Shown: positions 24,449 through 37,889, numbered from the stretch's first letter. The stretch: DNA of 64,000 nt from Squalus acanthias (GCA_030390025.1 CM059433.1:27654001-27718000); one strand, 5' to 3'. The notes: a model not told the origin generated them from the letters alone. Translations and numbers: made by a program.

Positions 24449-27400
24449 TAATTGACCTTCATTTTACTATATTCCCGAGATTGCCCCAATATAATTCCTA
24501 GAACTTGGTTTAAAATACCTAAAGTAAACAGACAAAAAAAATCCTGAGTGTTCTGAGCTTTAGTAAAAAAGCTTCTCTGGTGTGGGAGATGATGAAGTGG
24601 GACTGGTAACAAAAGTAATTTAATAACCTAAAAGGTGACCACTGGGGGGGGCACCCTCACTGTGCAGGAAGGGAAAGAGGACGGAGTTCTATCCAAACGC
24701 CTCTTAAAAGGGACTAGCCAAGACATCCCTGTGAACGGCCCCCACCCCACCCCGTTAACACACTTTATAATCATTCATAGAACACGATGAATGTCAAAGT
24801 GGCAGGAAATATTTTAAACCTCTTATTTCAACACACTCTTCAGCGGCAGCGCTCTAACAGCATTGAAGTGACATACATCCCTCCTTAGGCAGGGTACATA
24901 CACACATATACACACCTGATGGGCAGCTTTGATCCCTGCTTTCAAAAAGCAAAGCACCAGTGTCTGCAAAGGCGAACAGCTGCCACTGGAGCAGCTTGCT
25001 GTGCGAAGGGTTACTTTAGTCTGGCCACAGGTGGGCTGAACTCAAAGCCCAGCCCAACAGTCCAACTACATGTTAACATTGCTGGTCTGTAAAAGGCTTT
25101 CCCAAACATCGCGGAAGGTCTGCACACAGAGCTGGAAGATCAGACATGATTTCATAGTAACTGCACACGTGCATATATTACTGCAAAGTCACATCCACAG
25201 TGACTTTGCAGCAATATCGGCACGTCCCAATCTGCCCCATATTCAGCACAATGGGTCGGTTATATTTTAATGCAAGTGGTTCTGAAATATAAGTAGGGCA
25301 TCAGCATCATACTCACTTTTCTTGATTTAATGTTATTACAGCTCCAAGATACGATGTTACATTTGAAGCTGACTTTATGCTCAAAGTGATCAGAATCCAG
25401 AGAAACAGGATGCTCTCTTGGCATCTAGTGACTGCATTGAGTATTTTTACACTCCTCCCGGGCTCCAGGCCAGACGTACTCAAGGTCCGTGACTTTGTAG
25501 CATTGCTCTCCCCTTCTTATTACCCTCAAGTGGAGAGTCAGCAGAAAGGGGCACTGCTTCTCCTCTGACCTTGGGAACCCCTGAAATATGGGTCTTAAGT
25601 GGCTGCAGCAAAATGGAGTTCACCTGCTTGATATTAAAGTGCCACTGGCTGCAGGAGTATCACACGCTGGTCACTGGTGGCACACTGTCCATGTAAAAGT
25701 GCCTACAGGTTAGATGCAGTCCAGGGACCGTGACAATCCACCGGGACACCTGTTCAAAGAGCATCTCGTGATGTAGTATTCTGGACATTTCAATTTCACC
25801 AAGGTGGTGGCAGGGAGAGGTTTTGATGCAGTTGGACTAGTTTAAGACTGATCGTAACAACTGCAAGACGAGACTTTCATCCTACTGGCCTATCTCAAAC
25901 TAAAATAGTGCAGATGAAACAAGAAACAGAAAATGCTGGAAACACATAGCTGGCGAATTAGCATCTGTGTGGAAAATGGACAATTAATGATTTTTGTGTG
26001 AAGAATCGTTTGCACCCGAACTGTTAACCCGTGTGATCTCTCCACAGGGGCCAATTGAACTGCTGCATGTTTACAGCATTTTCTGTTTTGTGCTTCTCCG
26101 TGCTGAATTGTGACACCACCCATTCCTCCATGCAAGTGCTTTTTCGGAATTCTAAACTTTCTGTCAACGAACAGCTTGCTCCATGCATAGGTCACCTATA
26201 CTGCCACACAGATTCATAGTTTGATATAAAACAGACGACAACCAACACATTCAGCACCTGAAGCTATGGGTCATCTTCACACAGCTATCTTTGCAGTTTT
26301 CGCAAGTGTATTTCGATACGGATCCAGAAATTTAACTTTCAGTACATTTCAAATCAAATTTTAAGAACATAAGAAATAGGAGCAGGAGTAGGCCATTCGG
26401 CCCTTTGAGCCTGCTCCGCCATTTTCTCTCAGTTTTTTCTTCTTCCAATAATTAATACATCACCCCTGTCCTTTTTCATGCTCGGGTACAGTTTCCCATG
26501 TGCTACCAGCACTCTGATACCATGCAGCCACACCTGATGCTTGAGTCTAGGCAATAGGGCCATTTGACTGTGGGAGAGGGGCATTATATCTGAGCCTGAC
26601 CTTACCATCATCTGCCAGTTACAAGTACGTAAAAAGCAAAATAGTGTAGATGCAGATATCTGAAACAAGAAACAGAAAATGCTGGAAACACACAGCTGGA
26701 GAATTAACATTTGTGCGGAAAACAGGCAATTAATGTTTGTGTGAACCCTTCTTCAGAACTCTGGTTTTGAAGAACCGTTCCCACCCGAACTGTTAACCCA
26801 CGCGATCTCTCCAAAGGGGCCGATTGGATGTTTACAGCATTTTCTGTTTGGTGCTGCTTGCCAGCAGAAAGTCCTGGAGAGTGAGCAAGAAGTTGGCTTA
26901 TTGTTGGCCCTCTCAGCCTGGGTGTTCCCAGGGCAATAACTGTAACACATCAACTGGTCACATGATCAGCTAACTCAGTACAGATTGAACCTCGGTCCTG
27001 CCTGGTCCACATACTCGGAACTCCAAACACTGATATTTAACTGAATGTTTGAAATACTAATTAAGTATTTTTTTTTACACCCATACACCTCGAACTTCCA
27101 AGGGAATCTCTCGATCTGCTGATATAATTTCAGCGGAAGATTGGTGAAATCCACCCGCTCCCCCCCACACCCCCCGGAGAAATGAGTCAAATGGCTAAAT
27201 GCGGCCAATTGCGCTGTTGCTCCAGGGTTGGGTTTCCACCGAAGTTACGGCATAGATCAGGAGAATCCACGTGGAAATTTGCCCCCTGACCACCCCACCC
27301 CCCCCAGTATTTGTATAGCTTTAATGGTGCAACGCTCAACTGGTTTCAGGAAGAAAACAAACAACCCCAGGAAATCTGCAATCATGGAAGCTACGTCAGA

Positions 27401-28426
27401 AACTGCATAACAGAGAATTATGACCCAGTGTGCACTGCACAAACAGCAAACTGCTCCGTCATGCAGAGAAGACAAGTGAAGCTTTTGAGATAAGGGGAAA
27501 AAAAGAGAAAAGCACTTTGGAAAGACAGACACAGTCACATTTCCCTCTGAAACAAGATGAAATGAATGAAGAGGAGCGAGTGTTGCGAGATCAAGGGCAT
27601 TACAAAGAGAGAAGGCTCTGAGAAGAAAAATGAACGCTAGATCCTAGAGGTCAGGATACGTAAAGGAAGTGCTCAGCAGAAGTAGTATGGGAAGAAAATC
27701 TCAACTACTTTCTAGTGTTATAGATTAAGAAAAAAGTAACAGGGCTAGAACAAGACCTCTTTTTCAGGATTCAAAGTTTTAAATATTCTTTAACCTGAAC
27801 CTTGGAATTCAGATTGCTCCCATATTAAATATATGTAAACTACTGACATACGATAAAACTCCACTTCATTAGCAGATCCAAAATGTCAAATCCTCAACTT
27901 CCCCTCCCACCAAAAAAGAATGCTTAATTGGTTGTATCTGCTTTGCTTTTATTGCAAAGTGAACTTCAACCATAAGGTTAACTTCAGCCACTGAATCTAG
28001 CAAGCCAAAATGTTTGTTTCCAGCAATAAATCTTGGAAAAATACATTACTGAAGTGCAAAGGTCTTCAATCACTGACTGCTGTCACTGCATCTTTAGTGC
28101 GTGCACTGTTGCTATGTAAACTGATTGAATCCATTTTTTTGAAAGACAATGGAAAATTTTCAGAGGGATTCACAAGATTGTTTAAAGTTCACCATTTCCC
28201 ACTGTGTTTCGGTTTCACATCACAAACTATTATGTAGGATAGAGAAAAAAAAATTTGGAATCCTGAAAAACAGCACAAAATTCTTTCCAGAATTTTCCAA
28301 GCCACAGAAGCTTTGTTACAGCCCTCGCTAAGACAGCTAACTAAACTCGAGGTCAAACCAATCTACAGTAAATTGACCACTACCAACACTTGCTTCTTAG
28401 ACTGGGAGTACTTCACCGTACTGTAC

Positions 28427-28537
28427 CTCTGGAGATGGGATTCGGCGTTCAGGGGACTCTGGTGACTTATAAGGACTTGATGTTTTGCTGTTTGTCAACC
28501 ATGGTTTATCATAATTGCGGATTAAATGTTGGGGTGT
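28427..28537 (-). CDS. DST: Dystonin exon, probably a cassette, TPQHLIRNYDKPWLTNSKTSSPYKSPESPERRIPSPE
   Basis: Acceptor atacag, donor GAG|gtacag; 111 nt, phase 0/0. Similar to the human segment LTRNYGKPWLTNSK. Confidence 0.88.
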
Positions 28538-29067
28538 CTGTATGAAACAAGGATACATCGAAAATGAATGGAAATTAAGACAATAAAATAAAGTGATCAG
28601 GAATAAACAGCGTCATGGAGGAGGAAATGTAAGTATGGAGGAGTAAAATTAAAAATACAATGATGAAGATCCCCTCTGTGACTACCTTTAAATGAAGAGT
28701 TAAAGTGAGGAAGGTTAGTATAGTGACCTATGACATCTGGCATGCATTTAGCTTCCTGTGATGGGTTATTGCGAATGCACGCTGGCTAATACCTCACAGC
28801 CAATCCCCCACACAAAAACTGAACATAAAAGAAACCTGAAACAAATGTTAAGGTGGCTATGGTAGTATAATTAGACGGGCAGCAATGTAATAAAATAGCA
28901 GTGTAAAAGGAGATTGCTACAACAATGCAATTGAGCAACATGCAGTCATTGCACAGAAGCAATAGCCTGAGCTCTGCATTGGGTTAAAGTAACTGGCTCG
29001 CTAAACTATACGGACAAAGTAATCGCAGGGCACTCCTTGAACTGAATTGCGTTGCTCTCAACATTAC

Positions 29068-29261
29068 CTTAGGAGGAGTACTTGTAGCAGCTGGTGGAAC
29101 TGATACACTCGGACTGGCACTGGAAGTTGACCTGTTGGGAGAAGCGGCCCTCGACGATGGCCGTGACCTACGACCCCGTGATCGGAAAGCAGCCATGGAC
29201 TGACTGGTGCCCTCGGGAAGAATGAACTTCTCACGCAGTTCGACATTCGTTCTGCCCTTCG
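29068..29261 (-). CDS. DST: Dystonin coding exon, (A)[44 protein letters not shown]...TPPK
   Basis: Acceptor ctttcag, donor AAG|gtaatg; 194 nt, phase 1 to 0. Confidence 0.95.
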
Positions 29262-29775
29262 CTGAAAGAAAGGAATGAAACAAAAGTTCAAATTTAAATC
29301 ATCGGTGTCGTCATGATCCAGCACCAAACTTGCAATGACAAGGTGAAGTGTGGAAATAAAAAAGTGAACAGGAGGACTAAAACAGGATGATGAAACGATA
29401 CTGAAATCTGAATTGATAGCCTATCCATACCAGCAACAGAACTTGAGACAGCAGCACTCAACATTTGGGCTGGTGTATGTATGCAACATGACATGAATTA
29501 GCCCAGCAAATTTTGAAAACTTAAATGGAAAGGAAAAAAATAAAAATTCTGATAGTATCAAAGGTTTCAGTTCAGTTTCATGTTGTGAAGTACGCAAGAG
29601 TTCGGACTCCATTAACGTCATGCAGTCAGTTTAAAGAAACCAGGGACCCACTAAAGCAAACCCAATTCCAAAAAACTTGTGCAGAAGCTCAAAACAGCAC
29701 ACCACTTTCAGGCAGAACAGATGTGTACATTCCACTTAGGAGGATGCTACAATATCATACAAGGTGACCACTTAC

Positions 29776-29790
29776 TTGCAGTGAGTATTA
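29776..29790 (-). CDS. DST: Candidate 15-nt dystonin microexon, (V)ILTA
   Basis: ttttttcttttacccgcag|TAATACTCACTGCAA|gtaagt. Strong splice signals, symmetric phase 1, no stop. No transcript support available. Confidence 0.55.
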
Positions 29791-30004
29791 CTGCGGGTAA
29801 AAGAAAAAAGTCATATAAGCAATTTCACATGCGTTTCAAAATGGGTGATCATTCTGTATTTGGTTAAAAAAAACTAAAAGCGCATTGGATTACAGTTCTT
29901 TTTTTTTTAAAACACGAAAAGCCTGCTGTAAGCTGCTAGGAGGGTTAAGCCATACAGAATAGGAAAGCACACAGGAGGAGGAAAAGAGACAGAGGATTGC
30001 CAAC

Positions 30005-30073
30005 CTATAGGAGACTGACTGGTAATTGAAGAGTTTGATTCCGAACGCAACATTTTACTCCCATGATGATGAA
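30005..30073 (-). CDS. DST: Dystonin cassette exon, (V)HHHGSKMLRSESNSSITSQSPI
   Basis: Acceptor ttcttctag, donor G|gttggc; 69 nt, phase 1/1. Resembles the optional VHHHGSKMLRSESNSSI insert recalled from DST isoforms. Confidence 0.88.
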   Translation of the reverse strand, partial: FIIMGVKCCVRNQTLQLPVSLL

Positions 30074-30616
30074 CTAGAAGAAATGATAAAGGGATCGCAT
30101 CACATCAAAGGAAATGGAGAAGAAACTTTCAGTAGGAAACAGGACCAAGCACAAGTCGGATAAAACCAACACCCAAGAGATCATTTAAAGAATTCAGAGC
30201 CGATTTGAAATCCTTTTAACATATAAATAAACTTATAATTATTACACAATACTCAAGCCATTAGTGCAACAGAAGCTTTCATTCCCAATTAAATTTTTTG
30301 CGTACTTGTTTACAAATCATTAAATTATCAAACCCCCCCCGCTCCCCCAGCACCACCCAGGTAAAGTTGCCGACTTTTGGTGGGGTATAGGGCACAAGAA
30401 ATGCTTACTGCTTTCACCCAAGTGGACATTCTTTTGAGTTTGAGCTCAGACTGAGTGTCTGGCTACTAAACCACAAAGGTGGACGTCGCAGGTGAGCCTG
30501 ATCCATTCCACACATGTACAGTTTCCCAGCAGAGATCACTAGACAGCGATCCGGCTGATTTTCCCCCCCGTTTAGCCTGTTACGACTGAGGCCAATTGTA
30601 GTGCTCGACCAACATG

Positions 30617-32142
30617 TAGGGTTGCCAACCCTCTGGAATTAAAGATTAATCTCCAGGGCACTGCTGGGAGCAACACCCAGGGGAAAACTCACAGGGGTGC
30701 TAAAACCAATTGTATGTTGTTTTAATTTTCTTTGAGCATTTTCATTTACTAGTTGTAAAAATATTAGAGATGGGAAAATTGGATGAAACATTTTACACTT
30801 TGTGTGGGAAGGCGGAGCGTCTCGAGGGTGAGACAAGTTGGGTGACCGGTAGATGTGGTGTGTCTGGATTTTCAGAAGGCCTTCGATAAGGTCCCACACA
30901 AGAGGTTGGTGAACAAAATTAGGGCACATGGAATTGAGGGTAATATACTAGCATGGATTGAGAATTGGTTAGCAGACAGAAAACAAAGAGTAGGGATAAA
31001 CGGGTCTGTTTCAGGATGGTAGGCTGTTGGGTACCACAAGGATCGGTGTTTTGGCCCCAGCTATTCACAATCTATATCAATGATTTGGATGAGGGGACTA
31101 AATGTAACTTTTCCAAATTTGCTGATGATACAAAGCTAGGTGGCAGTGTCAGTTGTGAAGAGGATGTGAAGAGGCTTCAAGGGGATCTCGACAGGCTCAG
31201 TGAGTGGGCGAGAACATGGCAGATGGAATATAATGTTGATAAATTTGAAGTTATCCACTTTGGTAGAAAAAACAGAAAGACACAGAGTATTTCTTAAATG
31301 GTGAAAGATTGGGGAATGCAGATGCTCAAAGGGACCTGGGTGTCCTTGTACATGAGTCACTGAAAGTGAATGTGCAGGTGCAGCAAGACATTAAAAAGGC
31401 AAATGGTATGCTGGCTTCATTACAAGAGGATTTGAGTACAGGAGCAAAGAAGTCTTACTCCAATTATACAGGACCTTGGTGAGACCACACCTGGAGTGAG
31501 GGGGACAATTTTGGTCTCCTTACCTAAGGAAGGATATACTTGCCATAGAGGGAGTGCAACGAAGGTTCACGAGATTGATTCCTGGGACGGCGGGACTGTC
31601 GTATGAGAAGAGATTGAGTAAACTAGGCCTGTATTCTCTTGAATTCAGAAGAATGAGAGGGGATCGCATTGAAGCATACACAATTATTACAGGGCTTGAT
31701 AGGATGGATGCTGGGAGAATGTTTCCCTTAGCTAGGGAGTTTAAAACCAGGGGCCACAGCCTCAAGATAAAGGGTAGGCCATTCAGGACTGAGATGAGAA
31801 GAAATTTCTTCACACAGAGGGTGGTGAATCTTTGGAATTCTCTACCCCAGAGGGCTGTGGATGCTCAGTCATTGGGTATATTCAAAACAGAAGTCGATAG
31901 ATTTCTGACTAGTAAGGGCATCAAGGGATATGGCGATAGGGCCGGTGAATAAAGTTGAGGCAGAAGATCAGCCATGATCTCATTGAATGGCGGAGCAGGC
32001 TCGAAGGGCCGAATGGCCTACTCCTGCTCCTATTTCTTATTTCTTATGTTCAATGGCGGGAGTGTGGGGGAGGGGCAGCTGGGGGCGAGAGATCATGTGA
32101 TGAAACCTCCAGGGATACATCCAGCCAGAGTCGGCAACCCTA
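30617..32142. mobile_element. hAT-superfamily MITE (about 320 bp) carrying a CR1 insertion
   Basis: TIR TAGGGTTGCC / GGCAACCCTA and a perfect 8-bp TSD CCAACATG (30609-30616 and 32143-32150). Confidence 0.85.
30847..32051 (+). mobile_element. 5'-truncated CR1 LINE (RT and 3' tail)
   Basis: PQGSV, FADDTKL and WNSLP motifs, ttcttatgttc tail; very similar to 49862-51045. Confidence 0.92.
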
Positions 32143-32365
32143 CCAACATGGTGCATTACTCACTGGCCCACTGATGGCCTGCTTCAAACCACACTTGCCT
32201 GCAAGTACCTATCTCTTACTATACAAATAGCTAAAAATTCCATTAACATTGCAAACAGGCAAGTGTACGATTATCTTGCGAAGAGGTATTACACTGTATG
32301 ACAAGAGCTGGTGCTGTCGAAGCAGGAGATTGGTGCAGCCAACCAAAGTACATTTCACAACTTAC

Positions 32366-32483
32366 CTCTGCAGGGGTCATTTTTCACCAAAAACTCATCC
32401 AGCGCCATCCAGCCTCCTCCGACACGAACCATAACCGTACTGCGCAGGATACGGACTAGCCGCAACTGCTGCGAGTCACCGAA
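32366..32483 (-). CDS. DST: Dystonin coding exon, GAR domain part 2 ([39 protein letters not shown])
   Basis: Acceptor tttgcag, donor G|gtaagt; 118 nt; GAS2 signature VMVRVGGGW. Confidence 0.97.
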
Positions 32484-32888
32484 CTGCAAAAAGGGCAGCA
32501 AGAAACACTTGAGCAGCAGTTTAACTTTTAAAGTGAGAATTCATAAAAATGATATTGCTAATGATTTTGTCTTCCAATTTGTAATCATTCAGTTTACATC
32601 AAGCATTTATTATTGCAGTTGCAAGCTTTATTTCCCTCCCTCTTTTTACACAGCTGATTTGAAAAGGTGAAGAACAATTAAAAGGAAAATGAGCAGTGCA
32701 ATCTTTTATTTTTATCGCAGCAGAAACACCCCAAAAACTGCCCAACTTTCAAAAAATAAGCCATCGGTCAACAGATTGAAAAAGGCTCTCTGTTTCCGAC
32801 TGGTTTAAAGTCTGAAGGCCACAAAACAGCAGTTACTGGCCCACAGCACACAATACAACAGGTAAAACACATTTATGTCGTTCTGTAC

Positions 32889-32906
32889 CTGATTTCCCAG
32901 GAAGAA
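32889..32906 (-). CDS. DST: Dystonin 18-nt microexon FFLGNQ within the GAR domain
   Basis: Long pyrimidine tract and cttag acceptor, donor CAG|gtacag, branch-point-like TGACTAAT about 36 nt upstream. FFLGNQ is the known optional GAR insert of DST/MACF1. Confidence 0.9.
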
Positions 32907-35900
32907 CTAAGTCATGGAAGAGAATATGAAGAAAAAAGAAAATTAGTCACAGCAGCTTTGGTTTCGAAATATAACAGTGCTCTTAAATGGCTGTATATTC
33001 ATTCGCAAAACTGAAAATGGTATTTCTGATTTTCATACAAGTAAGGCCAGTACAGAACCTGCTAAGGAGTGTGGTGACATTCCTATATCGTAAGAGTATA
33101 AAACTACATGTTTTTTTTCTTTTGATTGTTTTTTTTTTTTGCTTTCTTCCCTTCTTTTCTGAGCTAATGATTTATGCTGAGCTACAGTTCCACAGCTGCT
33201 GATAACCCTCCAGTGCCTCGCCCAAGTGATCTGTTGTGTGTGTGTGAAGCTAGACAACAATTGTTGGCAGGCTTCTCGATTATGCAGGGTTATCACAGTT
33301 AATCCTGTCCTCACTGGACATCCACACACAAAGTACGTTCTCAGCACAAGTCACTGGATAGCTATCAGGAGTTGCAATCTCAGGTGATTTCTCGCCTCCC
33401 CCTACCTGACCCAGGAAACACCAAAGTCAACCATTGCCGTGGCTGAGATTGACTCGGCGCAGACTAGAAATCAAATAATTCCTCGTTTGCATGACGTACC
33501 ACTCAGCGTGGTTTTTTTTACCGCTGGCATCAATTAACTCCAATACATTTCGAAAGGAAATGACATCAATTTGTTTTTTCCATTTTATCTCATTGAAAAT
33601 TTTTTCTACATATGTTCCTCAGCAATAAAGAACCCTCAACAAGAAAACCTTGCTAAACTTTGTGAGTATCTTTTAGCAGTTTCACCTTCAGACAATACCA
33701 GCAGGATTTAGCTGGTAATTATATTGTTACGGTGGGATTGTTAAAAGATACAGAAAATCTACTAGCGATTTTCTAACAGGTTCCCTGGCTCAGAAAATGG
33801 TAACATCAAACATACTGAAAGTTAACAAAATTGGCCAACTACTGCTCTCTCAAACACAAACCTCCTCCAGTCAGTGACAGGCTGGAGAACTGTTTGCTGT
33901 AGTTTTGCTTATTCCTAGCATTCGGAAGTTAGGCCCAGTTACATTTCACTAAGCAGGTCAGTATTGGGTTCAGGCAACCATTATAGTCACTGCTCACACT
34001 GCTAAGTATGAGACAGCACCCCACACCAAAACAGCTTATTACACCAGTTGACTAGTGGTGAAATTTCTATAGAAATATGTATTAAAGACAGTATAGCTCA
34101 AGTCGTTTTTATGCGTTAATATATTACAGATAATGTACTATACAAGGGGGTGCGAGACAACCCTTTTTCAGGTGGTCTCATCCCCAGTGCCCAATTGCAA
34201 AATCTGCAGCACACTATAGTATGTTTAGTATACAAGATTGTAGCACAAAATGACACACATGAAATGTAACTGGCACATTATTCTACAGTTCAGGAACATT
34301 TATGCAGCACCTGTTAAAAGTTACAATTTTTTTTCTGTAATTAAGAGATTTCCAAAGAACATCGCAAATAATGACATTACATTCAACACAAGAAGCTAAG
34401 CAAACAATATTTGTGCATTACATTAAAACACGAGCAAAATACTGCGGATGCTGGGAATCAACCCGAAACGTTATCTCTGTTTCTCTCTCTACAGATGCTG
34501 CCTGACATGCTGAGTGTTTCCAGCATTTTCTGGTTTTATTTGCGTATTACATGTTGCATATAAAAAGCTCATTCGACACTCAAAGGGTTGGAAAAATGAT
34601 GAATTGCAATTGGTTTGTGATGAGAAATGGCAGACTAATCCCGATTGTGACAGCACTAAAACATGGTCTCTACACCCATACAAAAAGGAATGAGCAGAGT
34701 GGAGAAAGAGAACTGGAAGAAAATCCATCACAGCCCACAATGGAACTGCAGTAGCTTGGCAAGGCTTTCAAGAGGTGCTTGGGATTTCTTCCTGAATAAT
34801 ATGAAGTGCTCAATCTGTGAGGTTACTGCATAACTTACAAGTAAAACATTTACTTTACCAAATGATGTTGAGATTTATAATTTGGTATGCTGGAAAGTCA
34901 GGTTTTCAGGTCTGAAATCAAGCAGGGAGGGGGCAAAGGATGGTCAGGGCCTTGGTTGGGGTCATGGTCCCAGTTCGAATATTAGCTTTACTGAAGATTA
35001 AGGAATAACTCGAGTTTGCAGCACAAATTAAAATATTTATATAATCAACTCGACGGAGTGACTTTGCAAACAGAAAACTTTATACAAGACTGTAAGAAGA
35101 AGTGAGGAAAGGGAACGCACGAGAGATATTGGGGGTGGGGGGGGTGGAGAGAAAGAGATTACCTTTATACAAGTGAATTTAGCAGGTAAGGAATGACATC
35201 TGGTACTCACATCCATCTCTGTTGCTACGGGTTATAAATGTCAGCTCTCAGCAGAAAAAAAAAGGGACTTTTCAGGGGGATTGTTAACATTCTTATTAAT
35301 GAAGTTACAGTAATACTAGTGGAATTTTAAGTTGTGTACGAGGCATAGTCCAATGATTAGAATACTAGTGTTCAAGGCAAAGTGGTTATGGGCCAATGCT
35401 ATGAGCTGAGGGAGGATAAGCTGGAACGCTTTAGCTTGCAGTGCAGCTAAACTAATTTTTAATCTGACAATGACTCAGCCAGTGCTCATTACAAGTATAT
35501 AGCACCAGATCAGACATTTTAAATGTGTTTAACAGAAATAGTGTACTTTAATCGTCACCAAAGTCAAGATTTAGATAGGCACATCTTTGTGATGATTCAT
35601 TAGGTTCACAGCCTTATTTTTTCCAAGTTACTTCATTTTTTTTTTTTAAATGAAGCTACTGAAACCCTGTGCACAGACTGAGTGCCCAGTGCAGCAGCAG
35701 CAGCTGGAAACTGCAGTCCCTCAATGATTGCCTTGTGTCTCGGGTTGGGAGGTAGGAGACAGAGTGGGGATAAAGGGCGAGTACTCCGATTAGTGGGATG
35801 CTCACAAGATTAGCACAGACTGCAATTTAAGTGGAAATATAAAGAAAAGCTGTAAATCTGAAATAGGATGAAACAATTCTGATGAAAGGACACTTCATAA

Positions 35901-37220
35901 GCTTAACCTTTCTCCTTCAGATCAACTTGCGATACATTACCGGTATGTTCTGATTTTATTTATAAGTTTCCTTGTTTTAAATATACACAGTACAGATAGA
36001 GTAAATAGGGAGAAACTGTTTCCACAGGCAGGAGGGTGAGGATGCAAATTTAAGATAATTGGTTAAACAACCAGTGGGAAGATGAGGAGAATTTGTTTTA
36101 CGCGAGTTGTTACGATCTGGAATGCACGGTCAGAAAGGGTGGTGGAAGCAGATTCAATAATAACTTTCAAAAGGGAATTGGATATATACTAGAAAAGGAA
36201 AAAAATGCAGGGCTACGGAGAAAGAGCGGAGGGAATGGGACTAATTGGATAGCTCTTTCAAAAAACTGTCACAGACACGATGGGCCGAATGGCCTCCTTC
36301 TCTGCTGTATGATGCTACAGTAGTACCATAGTAGTCTCATTGCCCAAGCAAAGTGAATTAAGAAAAACAAGATTTTAATTACATTTTATCCTGCAGAGTT
36401 GTGACCTTCCTTGCTTTATAAAATGCTTCAACAGCTTTTCCAAGTTTAATTATACTTCTAAAGCTCTGTCGAATTGCTGTGAATGATTAATTATTTAACG
36501 CTACAAGGAAAGGTTAAATGTCAATTTGTAAAGATTAACGGACACTTGGGCCTTTTTAGAGTCTCTATATAGAAGCCATTCTCCCCCGCTTTGCTTCTGA
36601 AGGGATCGGTTCTTGCTGGGATCTGCTTCCGTGGGTGCCAGGCCACCTGTGCCATCTTACCCCAGAAAACCTGCTCCTGCCCACTGAAATAGTTACTAAA
36701 TATGGTGGCATATAATCCTATTAACAGGCAGCAGCCAAACTTTTTTTTAAAGTTTAAATAATTGGAATCAAAAATACTTTAGACATTTCTAAGGGGAAAA
36801 TGCCGATGATATCAGCAATGTTTCAATGGTTTTAATTTACGCCCAATGTTTCTTTAAATACAGTGTCATAATCATCCAAATTTATAGCAGTTGGCACTTA
36901 ACTTGAACCTGTTTTTAGATTGTTTCCAGATTAAAGCTGATTGGTTGTTGCTATCAGTTCATAAAGTAAATGTTTAGTCATTTCTTTCTACAACCTTGGC
37001 ATTTAAAGCTGATTGCCATATAGAACGCAAGATATGAATAATGTTGTTATAGTAGGAAGGTTGCTGTATTCACAGCCTCTCTGGGTAGGTATTAACTGAA
37101 GCTATTTTTAGGCTCTAATTTTATTTTTAAACAATGCAAAGAACCAAAGTTTACAATTTCCAGTCGAACAGATTATCGCTCAGCCCCAGCCCAAGGTATG
37201 GTAAAGATTGTAGCACTCAC

Positions 37221-37295
37221 CCTGTATTTGTTCTCTCCAATCTGCTCCACCTGAAACCGCTTTGCGCATTTACATTTTGCTACTTGCCGTGTCAC
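37221..37295 (-). CDS. DST: Dystonin coding exon, GAR domain part 1 ([25 protein letters not shown])
   Basis: Acceptor ttgtag, donor AGG|gtgagt; 75 nt. Confidence 0.95.
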
Positions 37296-37563
37296 CTACA
37301 ATAAAGTACAACGTGAGGCGGTAATGGCGAATTGAGATTGAGGGCATTTCAGTGCATTGTAAAGATCACGCAGCGAAGCACCAGCAATAAAATCAAATCT
37401 AATATCAGTACAGAAATTAAAACAAATATAATCAGATGGATTTCTTTAACAAGCAGAAAAGGATTGACTGTCAGAATTATACAGCAGACTAAAATGTTCC
37501 TGTATCAAATGTCGAGTCATTCCAGGATATAAAGTTTAGGTTCAGTGTACAATGGTAGTATAC

Positions 37564-37718
37564 CTCATCCTCTATTTTGTCCGCATCAGTAAGAGGCTTG
37601 TAAGCATCCTTGTTTGGATGAAGCGCTGCCACAAACTCATAATAATCGATGTAGCCATCTCCATCGCGATCAAATATGTCTGCCACCGCACTCATCTCCA
37701 GGCGGCTGGTAGGAAACT
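37564..37718 (-). CDS. DST: Dystonin coding exon, EF-hand 2 ((K)[51 protein letters not shown])
   Basis: Acceptor ctgtag, donor GAG|gtatac; 155 nt, phase 1 to 0. Confidence 0.97.
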
Positions 37719-37889
37719 CTACAGAACAATGCAATAAACATGTCCCTTTTAGTTAATTATTGTCATATCATAACGTTTTTCTCACCAGTTAAACTTATAT
37801 AGTCATTTAGTTTTCTATACAACAGCACAACAGATAGCGTTCCCTTAACTATTAACTTCCTACCAGTTTAAGACTTAGTAAAACTCGGG

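Noticed and set aside
35200..35260. Possible microexon ending GAT|GTGAGT
   Set aside because: The available acceptors give lengths that are not multiples of 3 or an immediate stop; no other support.
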